Source: Squalus acanthias (taxonomy: Eukaryota). From it: a DNA stretch of 64,000 nt. A program made the translations under genes and the position numbers. This document shows positions 1-13,800 of the stretch, piece by piece; positions within the stretch are counted from its first letter, which is position 1, and each line of letters begins with the position of its first letter. Under the pieces are notes generated by a model. That model saw only the letters and a list, made by a program, of their open reading frames with translations. It made no database searches and was not told the DNA's origin. The stretch spans positions 372,001-436,000 of the forward strand of contig JASTWF010000348.1 in NCBI GenBank assembly GCA_030390025.1. The letters run 5' to 3'.

Positions 1-3000
1 ATACAGAGTAAAGCTCCCTCTACACTGTCCCATCAAACACTCCCAGGGCAGGTACAGCACGGGTTAGATACAGAGTAAAGCTCCCTCTACACTGTCCCAT
101 CAAACACTCCCAGGGCAGGTACAGCACAGGTTGGATACAGAGTAAAGCTCCCTCTACACTGTCCCATCAAACACTCCCAGGGCAGGTACAGCACGGGTTA
201 GGTACAGAGTAAAGCTCCCTCTACACTGTCCCATCAAACACTCCCAGGGCAGGTACAGCACAGGTTAGATACAGAGCAAAGCTCCCTCTACACTGTCCCA
301 TCAAACACTCCCAGGGCAGGTACAGCACGGGTTAGATACAGAATAAAGCTCCCTCTACACTGTCCCACCAAACACTCCCAGGGCAGGTACAGCACAGGTT
401 GGATACAGAGTAAGGCTCCCTCTACACTGTCCCATCAAACACTCCCAGGGCAGGTACAGCACAGGTTGGATACAGAGTAAGGCTCCCTCTACACTGTCCC
501 ATCAAACACTCCCAGGGCAGGTACAGCACGGGTTAGATACAGAGTAAAGCTCCCTCTACACTGTCCCATCAAACACTCCCAGGGCAGGTACAGCACAGGT
601 TGAATACAGAGTAAAGCTCCCTCTACACTGTCCCATCAACACTCCCAGGGCAGTTCATGCACAGGTTAGATACAGAGTAAAGCTCCCTCTCCACTGTTGC
701 ATCAAACACTCCCAGGCCATGTACAGCACGGGTTAGATACAGAGTAAATCTCCCTCTACACTGCCCCATCAAACACTCCCAGGGCAGGTACAGCACGGGT
801 TAGTTGCAGAGTAAAGCTCCCTCTACACTGTCCAATCAAACACTCCCAGGGCAGGTACAGCACGGGTTAGATACAGAGTAAAGCTCCCTCTACACTGCCC
901 CATCAAACACTCCCAGGGCAGGTACAGTTCGGGTTAGATGCAGAGTAAAGCTCCCTCTACACTGTCCAATCAAACACTCCCAGGGCAGGTACAGCACAGG
1001 TTAGATACAGAGTAAAGCTCCCTCTACACTGTCCCATCAAACACTCCCAGGGCAGGTACAGCAGGGGTTAGATACAGAGTAAAGCTCCCTCTACACTGTC
1101 CAATCAAACACTCCCAGGGCAGGTACAGCAGGGGTTAGATACAGAGTAAAGCTCCCTCTACACTGTCCCATCAACACTCCCAGGGCAGTTCATGCACAGG
1201 TTAGATACAGAGTAAACTCCCTCTCCACTGTTGCATCAAACACTCCCAGGCCATGTACAGCACGAGTTAGATACAGAGTAAAGCTCCCTCTACACTGTCA
1301 CGTCAAACACTGCCAGGGCAGGTACAGCACGGGCTAGATGCAGAGTAAATCTCCCTCGACACTGCTCCATCAAACACTCCCAGGCCAGGTACAGCACGGG
1401 TTAGATACAGAGTAAAGCTCCCTCTACACTGTCCAATCAAACAAACCCAGGGCAGGTACAGCACAGGTTAGATCCAGAGTAAACCTCCCTCTACACTGTC
1501 CCATCAAACACTCCCAGGGCAGGTACAGCAGGTGTCAGATTCAGAGTAACCTCCCTCTACACTGTCCCATCAAACACTCCCAGGGCAGGTACAGCACGGG
1601 TTAGATACAGAGTAAACCTCCCTCTACACTGTCCCATTAAACACTCCCAGGGCAGGTACAGCAGGTGTCAGATTCAGAGTAACCTCCCTCTACACTGTCC
1701 CATCAAACACTCCCAGGGCAGGTACAGCACGGGTTAGATACAGAGTAAAGCTCCCTCTACACTGTCCAATCAAACAAACCCAGGGCAGGTACAGCACAGG
1801 TTAGATCCAGAGTAAACCTCCCTCTACACTGTCCCATTAAACACTCCCAGGGCAGGTACAGCAGGTGTCAGATTCAGAGTAACCTCCCTCTACACTGTCC
1901 CATCAAACACTCCCAGGGCAGGTACAGCACGGGTTAGATACAGAGTAAAGCTCCCTCTACACTGTCCAATCAAACACTCCCAGGGCAGGTACAGCACGGG
2001 TTAGATACAGAGTAAAGCTCCCTCTACACTGCCCCATCAAACACTCCCAGGGCAGGTACAGTTCGGGTTAGATGCAGAGTAAAGCTCCCTCTACACTGTC
2101 CAATCAAACACTCCCAGGGCAGGTACAGCACAGGTTAGATACAGAGTAAAGCTCCCTCTACACTGTCCCATCAAACACTCCCAGGGCAGGTACAGCAGGG
2201 GTTAGATACAGAGTAAAGCTCCCTCTACACTGTCCAATCAAACACTCCCAGGGCAGGTACAGCAGGGGTTAGATACAGAGTAAAGCTCCCTCTACACTGT
2301 CCCATCAACACTCCCAGGGCAGTTCATGCACAGGTTAGATACAGAGTAAAGCTCCCTCTCCACTGTTGCATCAAACACTCCCAGGCCATGTACAGCACGA
2401 GTTAGATACAGAGTAAAGCTCCCTCTACACTGTCACGTCAAACACTGCCAGGGCAGGTACAGCACGGGCTAGATGCAGAGTAAATCTCCCTCGACACTGC
2501 TCCATCAAACACTCCCAGGCCAGGTACAGCACGGGTTAGATACAGAGTAAAGCTCCCTCTACACTGTCCAATCAAACAAACCCAGGGCAGGTACAGCACA
2601 GGTTAGATCCAGAGTAAACCTCCCTCTACACTGTCCCATCAAACACTCCCAGGGCAGGTACAGCAGGTGTCAGATTCAGAGTAACCTCCCTCTACACTGT
2701 CCCATCAAACACTCCCAGGGCAGGTACAGCACGGGTTAGATACAGAGTAAAGCTCCCTCTACACTGTCCCATCAAACACTCCCAGGGCAGGTACAGCACG
2801 GGTTAGATACAGAGTAAAGCTCCCTCTACACTGCCCCATCAAACACTCCCAGGGCAGGTACAGCACGGGTTAGATACAGAGTAAAGCTCCCTCTACAATG
2901 TCCCATCAAACCCTCCCAGGGCAGGTACAGCACGGGTTAGATACAGAGTAAAGCTCCCTCTACAATGTCCCATCAAACCCTCCCAGGGCAGGTACAGCAC

Positions 3001-3686
3001 GGGTTAGATACAGAGAAAGCTCCCTCTACACTGTCCCATCAAACGCTCGCAGGGCTGATACAGCACAGGTTAGATACAGAGTAAATCTGCCTCTACACTG
3101 CCCCATCAAACACTCCCTGGGCAGGTACAGCATGGGTTTGATACAGAGTAAAGGTCCCTCTACACTGTCCCATCAAACACTCCCAGGGCAGGTACAGCAC
3201 AGGTTAGTTACAGAGTAAAGCTCCCTCTACACTGTCCCATCAAACACTCCCAGGGCAGGTACAGCACAGGTTAGATGCAGAGTAAAGCTCCCTCTACACT
3301 GTCCCATCAAACACTCCCAGGGCAGGTACAGCACGGGTTCGATGCAGAGTAAAGCTCCCTCTACACTGTCCCATCAAACACTCCCAGGGCAGGTACAGCA
3401 CGGGTTAGATACAGAGTAAAGCTCCCTCTACACTGTCCCATCAAACACTCCCAGGGCAGGTACAGCACGGGTTCGATGCAGAGTAAAGCTCCCTCTACAC
3501 TGTCCCATCAAACACTCCCAGGGCAGGTACAGCACGGGTTAGATACAGAGTAAAGCTCCCTCTACACTGTCCCATGAAACACTCCCAGGGCAGGTACAGC
3601 ACGGGTTCGATGCAGAGTAAAGCTCCCTCTACACTGTCCCATCAAACACTCCCAGGGCAGGTACAGCACGGGTTCGATACAGAGTA
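1..3686. repeat. 67-bp tandem minisatellite, about 55 copies, open at the window start
   Basis: Unit atacagagtaaagctccctctacactgtcccatcaaacactcccagggcaggtacagcacgggttag; unit starts at 1, 68, 135. Confidence 0.98.
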
Positions 3687-6572
3687 TAACATCCCCTGTA
3701 TATAGAATACCAGCCCCTGTGTGTATTATAGAGAAAATCAGCCCCAATGTATATCATAGAGAATAACAGCCCCTGTGTATATTATAGAGAATAACAGTCG
3801 CTGTGTATATTCGAGAGAATAGCAGCCCCTGTGTATATTACAGTGTATAACAGCCCGTGTGTATAGTATAGAGAATAGCAGCCCCTGTGTATATTACAGT
3901 GTATAACAGCCCCTGTGTATAGTATAGAGAATAGCAGCCCCTGTGTTTCTTACAGTGTATAACAGCCCCTGTGTATATTTCAGTGTGTAGCAGCCCCTGT
4001 GTATATTACAGTGTATAACAGCCCCTGTGTATATTGTAGAGAATAACAGCCCCTGTGTATATTATAGAGAATAGCAGCCCCTGTGTATATTAGAGAGTAT
4101 AACAGCCCCTGTGTATATTACAGAGTATAACAGCCCCTGTGTATATTATAGAGAATAGCAGCCCCTGTGTATATTATAGAGAATAGCAGCCCCTGTGTAT
4201 ATTATAGGGAATAGCAGCCTCTGTGTATATTATAGAGAATAACAGTCCCTGTGTATATTACAGTGTATAACAGCCCCTGTGTATATTATAGAGAATAGCA
4301 GCCCCTGTGTATTTTACAGTGTATAACAGCCCCTGTGTATATTATAGAGAATAGCAGTCCCTGTGTATATTATGGAGAATAGCAGCCCCTGTGTATATTA
4401 TAGAGAATAGCAGCCCCTGTGTATATTATACAGAATAGCAGCCCCTGTGTATATTATAGAGAATAACAGTCCCTGTGTATATTATAGAGAATAGCAGCCC
4501 CTGTGTATATTATAGAGAATAGCAGCCCCTGTGTATATTATAGAGAATAACAGTCCCTGTGTATATTATAGAGAATAGCAGTCGCTGTGTATATTATAGA
4601 GAATAGCAGCCCCTGTGTATATTATAGAGAATAGCAGCCCCTGTGTATATTATAGAGAATAGCAGCCCCTGTGTATATTTCAGTGTATAGCAGCCCCTGT
4701 GTATATTATGGAGAATAGCAGCCCCTGTGTATATTACAGTGTATAACAGCTCCTGTGTATATTACAGTGTATTGCAGCCCCTGTGTATATTATAGAGAAT
4801 AGCAGCCCCTGTGTATATTACAGTGTATAGCAGCCTCTGTGTATATTACAGTGTATAACAGCCCCTGTGTATATTACAGTGTATAGCAGCCCCTGTGTAT
4901 ATTACAGTGTATAGCAGCCCCTGTGTATATTACAGTGTACAGCAGCACCTGTGTATATTACAGTGTATAGCAGCCCCTGTGTATATTAGTGTATAGCAGC
5001 CTCTGTGTATATTACAGTGTATAGCAGCCCCTGTGTATATTACAGTGTATTGCAGCCTCTGTGTATATTACAGTGTATAACAGCCCCTGTGTATATTACA
5101 GTGTATAGCAGCCCCTGTGTCTATTACAGTGTATAACAGCCCCTGTGTATATTACAGTGTATAGCAGCCCCTGTGTATATTACAGTGTATAACAGCCCCT
5201 GTGTATATTACAGTGTATAACAGCCCCTGTGTATATTACAGTGTATAACAGCCCGTGTATATTACAGTGTATAGCAGCCCCTGTGTCTATTACAGTGTAT
5301 AGCAGCCCCTGTGTATATTAAAGTGTATAACAGCCCCTGTGTATATTACAGTGTATAGCAGCCCCTGTGTATATTACAGTGTATAACAGCCCCTGTGTAT
5401 ATTACAGTGTATAGCAGCCCCTGTGTCTATTACAGTGTATAACAGCCCCTGTGTCTATTACAGTGTATAACAGCCCCTGTGTATATTACAGTGTATAACA
5501 GCCCCTGTGTATATTACAGTGTATAACAGCCCCTGTGTATATTACAGTGTATAACAGCCCCTGTGTATATTACAGTGTGTAACAGCCCCTGTGTATATTA
5601 CAGTGTATAACAGCCCCTGTGTATATTACAGTGTATAGCAGCCCCTGTGTATATTACAGTGTATAACAGCCCCTGTGTATATTACAGTGTATAACAGCCC
5701 CTGTGTATATTACAGTGTATAACAGCCCCTGTGTATATTACAGTGTATAACAGCCCCTGTGTATATTACAGTGTATAACAGCCCCTGTGTATATTACAGT
5801 GTGTAACAGCCCCTGTGTATATTACAGTGTATAACAGCCCCTGTGTATATTACAGTGTATAGCAGCCCCTGTGTATATTACAGTGTATAACAGCCCCTGT
5901 GTATATTACAGTGTATAACAGCCCCTGTGTATATTACAGTGTATAACAGCCCCTGTGTATATTATAGAGAATAACAGCCCTTGTGTATATTACAGTGTAT
6001 AACAGCCCCTGTGTATATTACAGTGTATAACAGCCCCTATGTATATTACAGTGTATAACAGCCCCTGTGTATATTACAGTGTATAACAGCCCCTGTGTAA
6101 ATTACAGTGTATAGCAGCCCCTGTGTAAATTACAGTGTATAGCAGCCCCTGTGTATATTACAGTGTATAGCAGCCCCTGTGTATATTACAGTGTATAACA
6201 GCCCCTGTGTATATTACAGTGTATAGCAGCCCCTGTTTATATTACAGTGTATAACAGCCCCTGTGTATATTACAGTGTATAACAGCCCCTGTGTATATTA
6301 CAGTGTATAGCAGCCCCTGTGTAAATTACAGTGTATAGCAGCCCCTGTGTATATTACAGTGTATAACAGCCCCTATGTATATTACAGTGTATAACAGCCC
6401 CTGTTTATATTACAGTGTATAACAGCCCCTGTGTATATTACAGTGTATAACAGCCCCTGTGTATATTACAGTGTATAGCAGCCCCTGTGTAAATTACAGT
6501 GTATAGCAGCCCCTGTGTATATTACAGTGTATAGCAGCCCCTGTGTATATTACAGTGTATAACAGCCCCTGT
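3687..6572. repeat. 28-bp tandem minisatellite, about 100 copies, two sub-domains
   Basis: Unit cagcccctgtgtatattacagtgtataa. The 'tatagagaat' variant dominates up to ~4800 and the 'tacagtgtat' variant after. Confidence 0.98.
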
Positions 6573-6987
6573 GCGTGCGGTTCCTGGAGACAGTGACAGT
6601 GACAGTGCCTGATCTTCCCCTGAATCTGTGGAGCTGCTGATAGATCGGGTTTCTGATCTCTGCCCTTGCTCCAGATTTCATTGGCAGGCGCTGCGACTTG
6701 AGACATTTGATCGCACAGACTGAGGCTCCGCAAACACAGTCAGCCTGGGCCCAGGCTGCAGCCCCGGCAGATCGGGAATTGGCTCTTTCCTGTGCAATTC
6801 CCACACACAGAGTTAATTTGAATGAAAGCAGGAATTCGATGGAGGGATTAAGCCTAGTTCTGTCAGGATTAAGTTGTCGGGTTGTCCCAGTACAGGGAAA
6901 GGCAGAGCACCGCTGGGTGGCAGCCTTCTCTCTGTAATTGAAAACAAGTGACCAGGGCTGATGTTTCACCGGATGGGCAATACAGAG

Positions 6988-7328
6988 GCAGAGAGAGAGA
7001 GAGAGAGAGAGAGACACAGCTCGACAAAAAGCACAGTGATAAAAGGGGGACAAGGGGGAACACAGCATCAGACACAGGGGAGAGATGGGTGTAAAGAGAT
7101 GGAGTGATAGAGAGAGATACGGTGACAGAGAGATGGAGTCACAGAAAGACAGAGAAAGGAACAGAGGGAGAGACACAGAGAGGGAGGGAGAGACAGAGAG
7201 AGACAGGGACACACGGAGAAAGAAACAGAGAGAGAGACACAGAGACAGAGAGAGAGAGACAGAGACAGAGAGAGGGAGGAGAGAGAGACAGACAGAGATA
7301 GAGAGACACAGAGACAGACAGAGACAGA

Positions 7329-7363
<35 letters not shown>

Positions 7364-7733
7364 TGAGGGAGGGAGAGAGAGACAGAGAAGGAGGAAGAGA
7401 GAGAGAGACAGAGAGAGATAGAGAAACACAGAGAGAGACAGACAAGAGACAGAGATAGAGAGTGACAGAGAGAGGGAGGGAGAGAGAGACAGACAGACAG
7501 AGAGAGGGAAGGAGAGAGAAACAGGGACAGAGAGAGAGAGAGAGAGAGAAAGAGACAGAGACACAGAGAGAGAGACACAGAGAGAGAGACAGAGAGAAAG
7601 AGAGAGACAGAAAGTGAGAGAAACAGAGAGAGACAGAAAGAGACAAAGAGTGAGAGACAGAAAGAAAGAGAGACAGGGAGAGAGAGACAGACGGGGAGAG
7701 AGTGAAAGAGTGAGAGCCAGAGAGAGAGACATT
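6988..7733. repeat. Degenerate (GA)n/(GACA)n microsatellite
   Basis: Purine-rich simple repeat; source of the SLSL/RERE ORFs. Confidence 0.95.
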
Positions 7734-8229
7734 CTGAGGGGGGAGGGAGAACAGCCAGAGGTAGTGGTCCATATCGGTATCAATGACATAGCTAGAAAGA
7801 GGGATGAGGTCCTGCAGGCATATTTTAGGGACCTAGGGAAGAGATTACTAAACAGGATCTCAAAGGTAGTAATCTCCGGATTACTCTCGGTGCCACGTGC
7901 TAGTGAGTACAGAAATAGGAGCATTGAGCAGATGAATCTGTGGCCGGAGAGATGGTGCAGGAGGGAGGGCTTTAGATTCCTGAGGCATTGGGACCGTTTC
8001 TGGGGAAGGTGGGACCTGTACAAGGGGGACGGGTTACACCTCAACAGAGCTGGGACCAATATCCTCGCCGGGGGTGGGGGGGGGGGGGCAGTTTGCTAGT
8101 GCTGTTTTGGGGGGGGGGGGGGGGGAGGCGGGGGAGGGGTTTAAAGTAGCCTGGCAGGGGGGATGGGAACCTGATCGTAGATTCAGAAGGGAGAGAAGCA
8201 AAGCTGGAAATGGAAGGCAGAGAATTAGT
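7734..8229 (+). mobile_element. CR1 LINE, ORF1 esterase (SGNH-like) region; 5' part of a host element that resumes at 12538
   Basis: Reads PEVVVHIGINDI...VVISGLLSVP...FLRHWDRFWGRWDLYKGDGLHLNRAGTNILAG, typical of CR1 ORF1. Confidence 0.88.
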
Positions 8230-8640
8230 GGGGCTGGATTTGGCCGGCGCTCAGAGGGCGGGTTTGGAAGGCGGGTCCGCTGTCAAAATCAAAAAGATTG
8301 ACAGCGGGGCCGGTATCCCGCTCCGGACCCGCCTCCTTGTCAGTGCCGGTTCTGCCCGCGCCTTGCAGACACGGCACTAGGCGGCGAGTCATTCAATTGT
8401 GCTCGTTCAGAGGGTGTTTAAAGTCATTAAAGCCCCATTTTCCCCAGCTCCACGGCATTTTGCCAAGTCTTCCACGAGGTTCCCGCAGGTGTGTCGGGTT
8501 TGCAACAACTCTCCATTTCTTTCAGTAGGTGACGGCTGCTTAACGTGGTTTAAAACCTGCCATTTTACAGCTGGACAGCTTCCAGTCTCAGAAGCTTCAA
8601 CAGCTCAGAGGCGATTCACCAGGTTAATTCCAGAGATGAA

Positions 8641-9319
8641 ACATAGAAACATAGAAGATAGGAGCAGGAGTAGGCCATTCGGCCCCTCGAGCCTGCTCCA
8701 CCATTCGATGAGATCATGGCTGATCATCCAAACTCAGTACCCTGTCCCTGCTTTCTCCCCATATCCCTTGATCCCTTTAGCCTTAAGAAATATATCTAAC
8801 TCATTCTTGAATATATTTAATGAATTGGCCTCAACTACCTTCTGTGGTAGAGAATTCCACAGGTTCACCACTCTCTGGGTGAAGAAATTCTTCCTCATTT
8901 CTGTCCTAAATGGCTTACCCCTTATCCTTCGATTATGACCCCTGGTTCTGGACTCTCCGACCATCGGGAACATTCTTCCTGCATCTAGTTTGTCCAGACC
9001 TGTCAGAATTTTATATGTTTCGATGAGATCCCCTCTCATTCTTCTATACTCCAGCGAGTATAAGCCCAATCGACCCAATCTCTCCTCATACGTCATTCCC
9101 GCCATCCCAGGTATCAGCCTTGTGAATCTTCACTGAACTCATTCCATGGCAAGAACATCCTTCCTCAGATAAGGCGACCAAAACTGCACACAGTACTCAA
9201 GGTGTGGTCTCACCAAGGCCCTGTACAACTGCAGCAGGACATCCCTGTTCCTGTACTCAAACCCTCTCGCTATGAAGGCCAACATACCATTTGCCTTCTT
9301 AACCGCCTGCTGCACCTGC
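8641..9319 (-). mobile_element. 5'-truncated young CR1 (family A) inserted antisense into another CR1
   Basis: RT C-terminus YEERLGRLGLYSLEYRRMRGDLIETYKIL...FFTQRVVNLWNSLP and a (tttctatg)n tail. Confidence 0.93.
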
Positions 9320-9780
9320 AGGGGTTTGACTTATGAAGAAAGGTTGAGCAGGCTGGGCCTGTACTCATTGGAGTTTAGAAGAATGAGAGGTGATCTTATC
9401 GAAACATCTAAGATACTGAGGGGGCACGACAAGGTAGATGCAGAGAGCATCTTTCCCCTCGTGGGGAAATCTAGAACGCGGGGGCACAGTCTCAGAATAA
9501 AGGGTCGCCCTTTTAGAACTGAGATGAGGAGGAATTTCTTCTCTCAGAGGGTCGTAAATCTGTGGAATTCTCTGCCCCAGAGAGCTGTGGAGGCTGGGTC
9601 ATTAAATACATTTAAGGTGGAGATAGAGAGATTGTTGCAAGATAAGGGAGTGAAGGGTTATGGGGAGCGGGCGGGGGAAGTGGCTTTGAGCCCAAGATCA
9701 GCCATGATCTTATTGAATGGCGGAGCAGGCTCGAGGGGCCGAGTGGCCTACTCCTGCTCCTATTTCTTATGTTCTTATGT
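9320..9780 (+). mobile_element. CR1 3' fragment (its 5' stub is at ~8600-8640)
   Basis: GLTYEERLSRLGLYSLEFRRMRGDLIE... and a (ttcttatg)n tail; continues QRRFTRLIPEM at ~8605-8640. Confidence 0.9.
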
Positions 9781-10296
9781 TCAGTATTTAGAACCCACTT
9801 TTGAGCCTTATGCACTGTTGAAGTGTTTGGAGCAATCTCTCTATCCACTGTCACCTCCTTGGAACAACCTATCTCAACACTGGCAGATTACTTCTGCCGT
9901 CTATTCCATCAGCGTCGGTGCCCTTGAAAAAATCTCCACCTTGGTCCTCAGAATCCCACCACGATCAGCCCCAACACCAGCATCACCGGGCACACCAGCA
10001 ACACCAACGTCCACACCAACCTTCTCCGCAATCAACTGATGCTGCACTGGACACAGGGCATCATCACCCGTGCACATTGCTGCCCGGGACGCCAGCGATG
10101 GCCTCACCATGGCTTTGATTTGCTTCACTTGACGCTGTACACCCTGGCTGCCACATGGTGCGTCAGGTTGGCACCACCCCACACCAACACCATAAAGCAT
10201 CCCTGCAATGTCCAAGCCATTCCTTTCACACTCATCACCATTACAGGGGGGTACCGTTATGTCTCACCATTCACTGCAACTCACTAAGACACTTCC

Positions 10297-10720
10297 AAAG
10301 TGGGATTAGAATAGACAGGGGCTTGATGGCCGGCGCGGACACAATGGGCCGAAGGGCCTCTTTCTGTGCTGTATGGTCGGAGAGTCCAGAACCAGGGGTC
10401 ATAATCTAAGGATAAGGGGTAAGCCATTTAGGACAGAAATGAGGAAGAATTTCTTCACCCAGAGAGTGGTGAACCTGTGGAATTCTCTACCACAGAAGGC
10501 AGTTGAGGCCAAGTCATTAAATAGATTCAAGAATGAGTTAGATATATTTCTTAAAGCTAAAGGTATCAAGGGATATGGGGAGAAGGCAGGGACAGGGTAC
10601 TGAGTTTGGATGATCAGCCATGATCTCATCGAATGGCGGAGCAGGCTCGAGGGGCCGAATGGCCTACTCCTGCTCCTATCTTCTATGTTTCTATGTTTCT
10701 ATAACTCTATGACTCTATGA
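10297..10720 (+). mobile_element. CR1 3' end with a family-A CR1 fragment (10373-10702) nested in its tail
   Basis: aaagtgggattag...tctgtgctgta, then family-A RT end, then actctatgactctatg. Confidence 0.85.
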
Positions 10721-11120
10721 CTCAAAGGTGCGCACATATCTGTCCAAGCAGGCAAAGTGGTGACAATGAGGATTTCAATGTTTGACAACACATTAACAGA
10801 AACTTTACATGACCATTGGCTAAAACACCCAAGTGCCTACCCTTGTGTGTTGTTAGTTGGTATGATTGGACTAGGTTGAGGGTGAGTGTGAGGGGTGGCT
10901 ACTGAGATGGGGAAGTGATAATGTAGATAGAGAGGGATGGGTGGAGGTGCGAGATAAGTTGGTGTGAGTAAAGATGCGCAGGAGTAGGGTGGGGAAGGCA
11001 GAGTGATGGGGAGGTGATGAGAGGCACAGCAGGATCAGGTTGAGTGTGGCTTGGCAGTAACATTTCGTGATCTGCTGAGATCATTGACAGGTTTGCGCCA
11101 CTGCAGCCTGGTCCTCCTGT

Positions 11121-12097
11121 AGTGTACATTAATGATTTAGACATGAATGTAGGAGGTATGATCAGTAAGTTCGCAGATGACACGAAAATTGGTGGAGTGG
11201 TAAATAGCGAGGAGGGAAGCCTCAGGCTACAGGACGATATAGACGGGTTGGTCAGATGGGCAGAACAGTGGCAAATGGAATTTAACCCTGAAAAGTGTGA
11301 GGTGATGCATTTTGGGAGGACTAACAAGGCAAGGGAATACACAATGAATGGTAGGACCCTAGGAAGGACAGAGGATCAGAGGGACCTTGGTGTGCATGTA
11401 CATAGATCCCTGAAGGCAGCAGGACAGGTAGATAAGGTGGTTAAAAAGGCATATGGGATACTAGCCTTCATTAGCCGAGGCATAGAATACAAGAGCAGGG
11501 AGGTTATGATGGAGCTGTACAAAACGCTAGTTCGGCCACAGCTGGAATACTGTGTGCAGTTCTGGTCGCCACACTATAGGAAGGATGTGATTGCATTGGA
11601 GAGGGTGCAGAGGAGATTCACCAGGATGTTACCTGGGCTGCAGCACTTCAGCTATGAAGAGAGACTGGACAGGCTGGGGTTGTTTTCCTTAGAGCAGAGA
11701 AGGCTGAGGGGGGACCTGACTGAGGTGTGCAAAATTATGAGGGGCATAGATAGGGTAGATAGAAAGGAACTTTTCCCCTTAGTAGAGGGGTCAATAACCA
11801 GGGGGCATAGTTTCAAGGTAAGGGGCAGGAGGTTTAGAGGGGATTTGAGGAAAAACTTTTTCACCCAGAGGGTGGTTGGAATCTGGAACTCACTGCCTGA
11901 AAGGGTGGTAGAGGCAGGAACCCTCACAACATTCAAGAAGCATTTAGATGAGCACTTGAAACGCCATAGCATACAAGGCTACGGACCAAGTGCTGGAAAA
12001 TGGGATTAGGATAGACAGGGCTTGATGGCCGGTGCGGACACAATGGGCTGAAGGGCCTCTTTCTGTGCTGTATAACTTGATGACTCTATGACTATGA
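11121..12097 (+). mobile_element. 5'-truncated CR1 with an open 295-aa RT C-terminal frame
   Basis: YINDL...KFADDTK RT motif, YKTLVRPQLEYCVQFWSP, and a (actctatg) tail. Confidence 0.95.
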
Positions 12098-12537
12098 CAA
12101 CCCTGCTTGTGCCCTCCTGTGCAATGTGCAACCAGGCTGCGTTGGTGTCCTGGGGAGGTCTCTTCCGCCTATGGGCAGGGAAGAGAACCTTCCTGCGTGC
12201 TGTGACTCCCTCCATAAGCATATGGAGGGAGTCATGGGAGAGCCTGGGTGCAGCCGTGCACCTCTGTGCAGTGATTGTCAGTGTTTGCAGCACCTCAATG
12301 CTGCAGAACACTGACAGCAGAACTGTCAAAATGATTGTGGACACGGTCCCTTTAAGGAAACCGGCTGATGACGCGTCATCAGATGACGTCATCAGACCCG
12401 CTTCCTTTTAATTGGCCGGGAACCTCGCAGGGCGGGGCCTAACAAGCCCAATCAGGGCAAAATCCCTCGGAGGAGGCGGGTGCGGAGTTTGCGGTCGCTG
12501 ACTGCTCCAGCCGCACCGGACTCGCGAAATCGCGGCC

Positions 12538-13040
12538 AGCGAGTGAGTTTGGAAGGCAGAGAAAAGAAAAGCTAGTAAATAGACAACAATAGGAGTTTGG
12601 CCGTGCTTAATGGTGTATACTTCAATGCAAGGAGTCCAGTGAACAATTGAGATGAGCTGAGGGCACAGATAGACGCTTGGGAGGATGATATCATAGCTAT
12701 TACTGGAACATGGCTTAAAGAAGGGCAGGAATGGCAGCTCAACATTCCTGGTTACAGGGTTTTCAGAGGAGATAGAGAGGGGGATAAAAAAAAGGAGGGG
12801 TCGCAGTATTGGTTTTAGAAACAATTACAGCTGTGAGGAGGGACGGTATGTTAGAAGGATCATCAAACGAGGCCATATGGGTTGAACTGAAGAACAAAAA
12901 ATGGGCAATCACACTGCTGGGAGTGTACTATAGACCCCAAAACAGTCAGAGGGAGATAGAAGAGTAAATATGTAGGCACATTTCTGAGAAGTGCAAAAAC
13001 AATAGAGCAGCAATAGTGGGGGATTTCAGCTACCTTAATA
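12538..13040 (+). mobile_element. CR1 ORF2 APE endonuclease region (continuation of the 7734 element)
   Basis: YFNARS...IIAITGTWL...GVYYRP...IVGDF motifs, with stops. Confidence 0.88.
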
Positions 13041-13365
13041 AGAACATAAGAACATAAGAAATAGGAGCAGGAGTAGGCCAATTGGCCCCTCGAGCCTGCT
13101 CCGCCATTCAATAAGATCATGGCTGATCTGATCCTAACCGCCAATCTACTATCACAGAACCATCTCCTGAACCGAACAGAATTGGACACACGAAATAGGA
13201 GCAGGATCAGGCTACACGGCCCCTGGGCCCGCTCTGCTACCCACAGGGCCATGACCGATCCGAACCTCGACTTGTGTCCAAATTCCTGCCCGCTCCCCGT
13301 AACCCTTAATTCCCTTTACTTCTAGGAAACTGTCTATTTCTGTTTTAAATTTATGTCATGATGTA
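13041..13365 (-). mobile_element. CR1 3' end, antisense
   Basis: (aagaacat)n tail plus the CR1 3' UTR complement; related sequence resumes at ~13720-13800. Confidence 0.75.
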
Positions 13366-13469
13366 GCTCTGGGCTTGCTACGTCCTGGCTGAAAAAATTC
13401 TCCTGAATGTATTTGAAGAATCCTGCACCCTCTACGTCTTCCACACTGATTCTATCCCAGTTAATATTA

Positions 13470-13650
13470 GTGAGAAGTCGCACAACACCAGGTTATAGTC
13501 CAACAGCTTTATTTGAAATCACAAGCTTTCGGAGCTATCGATTGCTCCTTCCTCAGGTGAAGTAAATTTACTTCACCTGAGGAAGGAGCAATCGATAGCT
13601 CCGAAAGCTTGTAATTTCAAATAAAACTGTTGGACTATAACCTGGTGTTG
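13470..13650. mobile_element. Penelope-type terminal sequence as a 168-bp palindrome (13483-13650)
   Basis: Two 84-bp arms, 2 mismatches, centre gtaaa|tttac at 13566/13567. Confidence 0.85.
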
Positions 13651-13800
13651 CTCTTTTTGGTTGAACCCAAATTTACTGTAAATCAAATTAAAACTTTAAA
13701 TGAAACTTTTTTGTAGAGAAAAGAGCCCCAATCTGTTCAGTCTTTTCTTGAAAGGTATAACCTCTCAGTTCTGGTATCATCCTTGTAAATCTTTTTTTTT

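Larger units (their letters stand above)
8230..12537. mobile_element. Degenerate PIF/Harbinger DNA transposon (Myb/SANT gene remnant plus probable nuclease remnant), interrupted by several CR1 insertions
   Basis: Imperfect TIRs gggctggattt / ggccgcgattt (reverse complement) with agt/agc flanks. It splits a CR1 that reads through when the element is removed. Myb/SANT-like peptide APRLSHDSLHMLMEGVTARRKVLFP..AWLHIAQE (minus, ~12270-12100) resumes after a CR1 as RRTRLQWRKPVNDLSRS (~11119-11066). Confidence 0.75.

Noticed and set aside
6573..6800. Possible further adenylyl cyclase exon (..PMKSGARAEIRNP..)
   Set aside because: Only superficial resemblance to the MKAEI motif; the expected preceding exons are absent and there are no convincing splice sites.
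6550..8059. Long Ser/Leu-rich or Arg/Glu-rich ORFs (also 15969-16599 and 33206-33829)
   Set aside because: Translations of GA/CT microsatellites.
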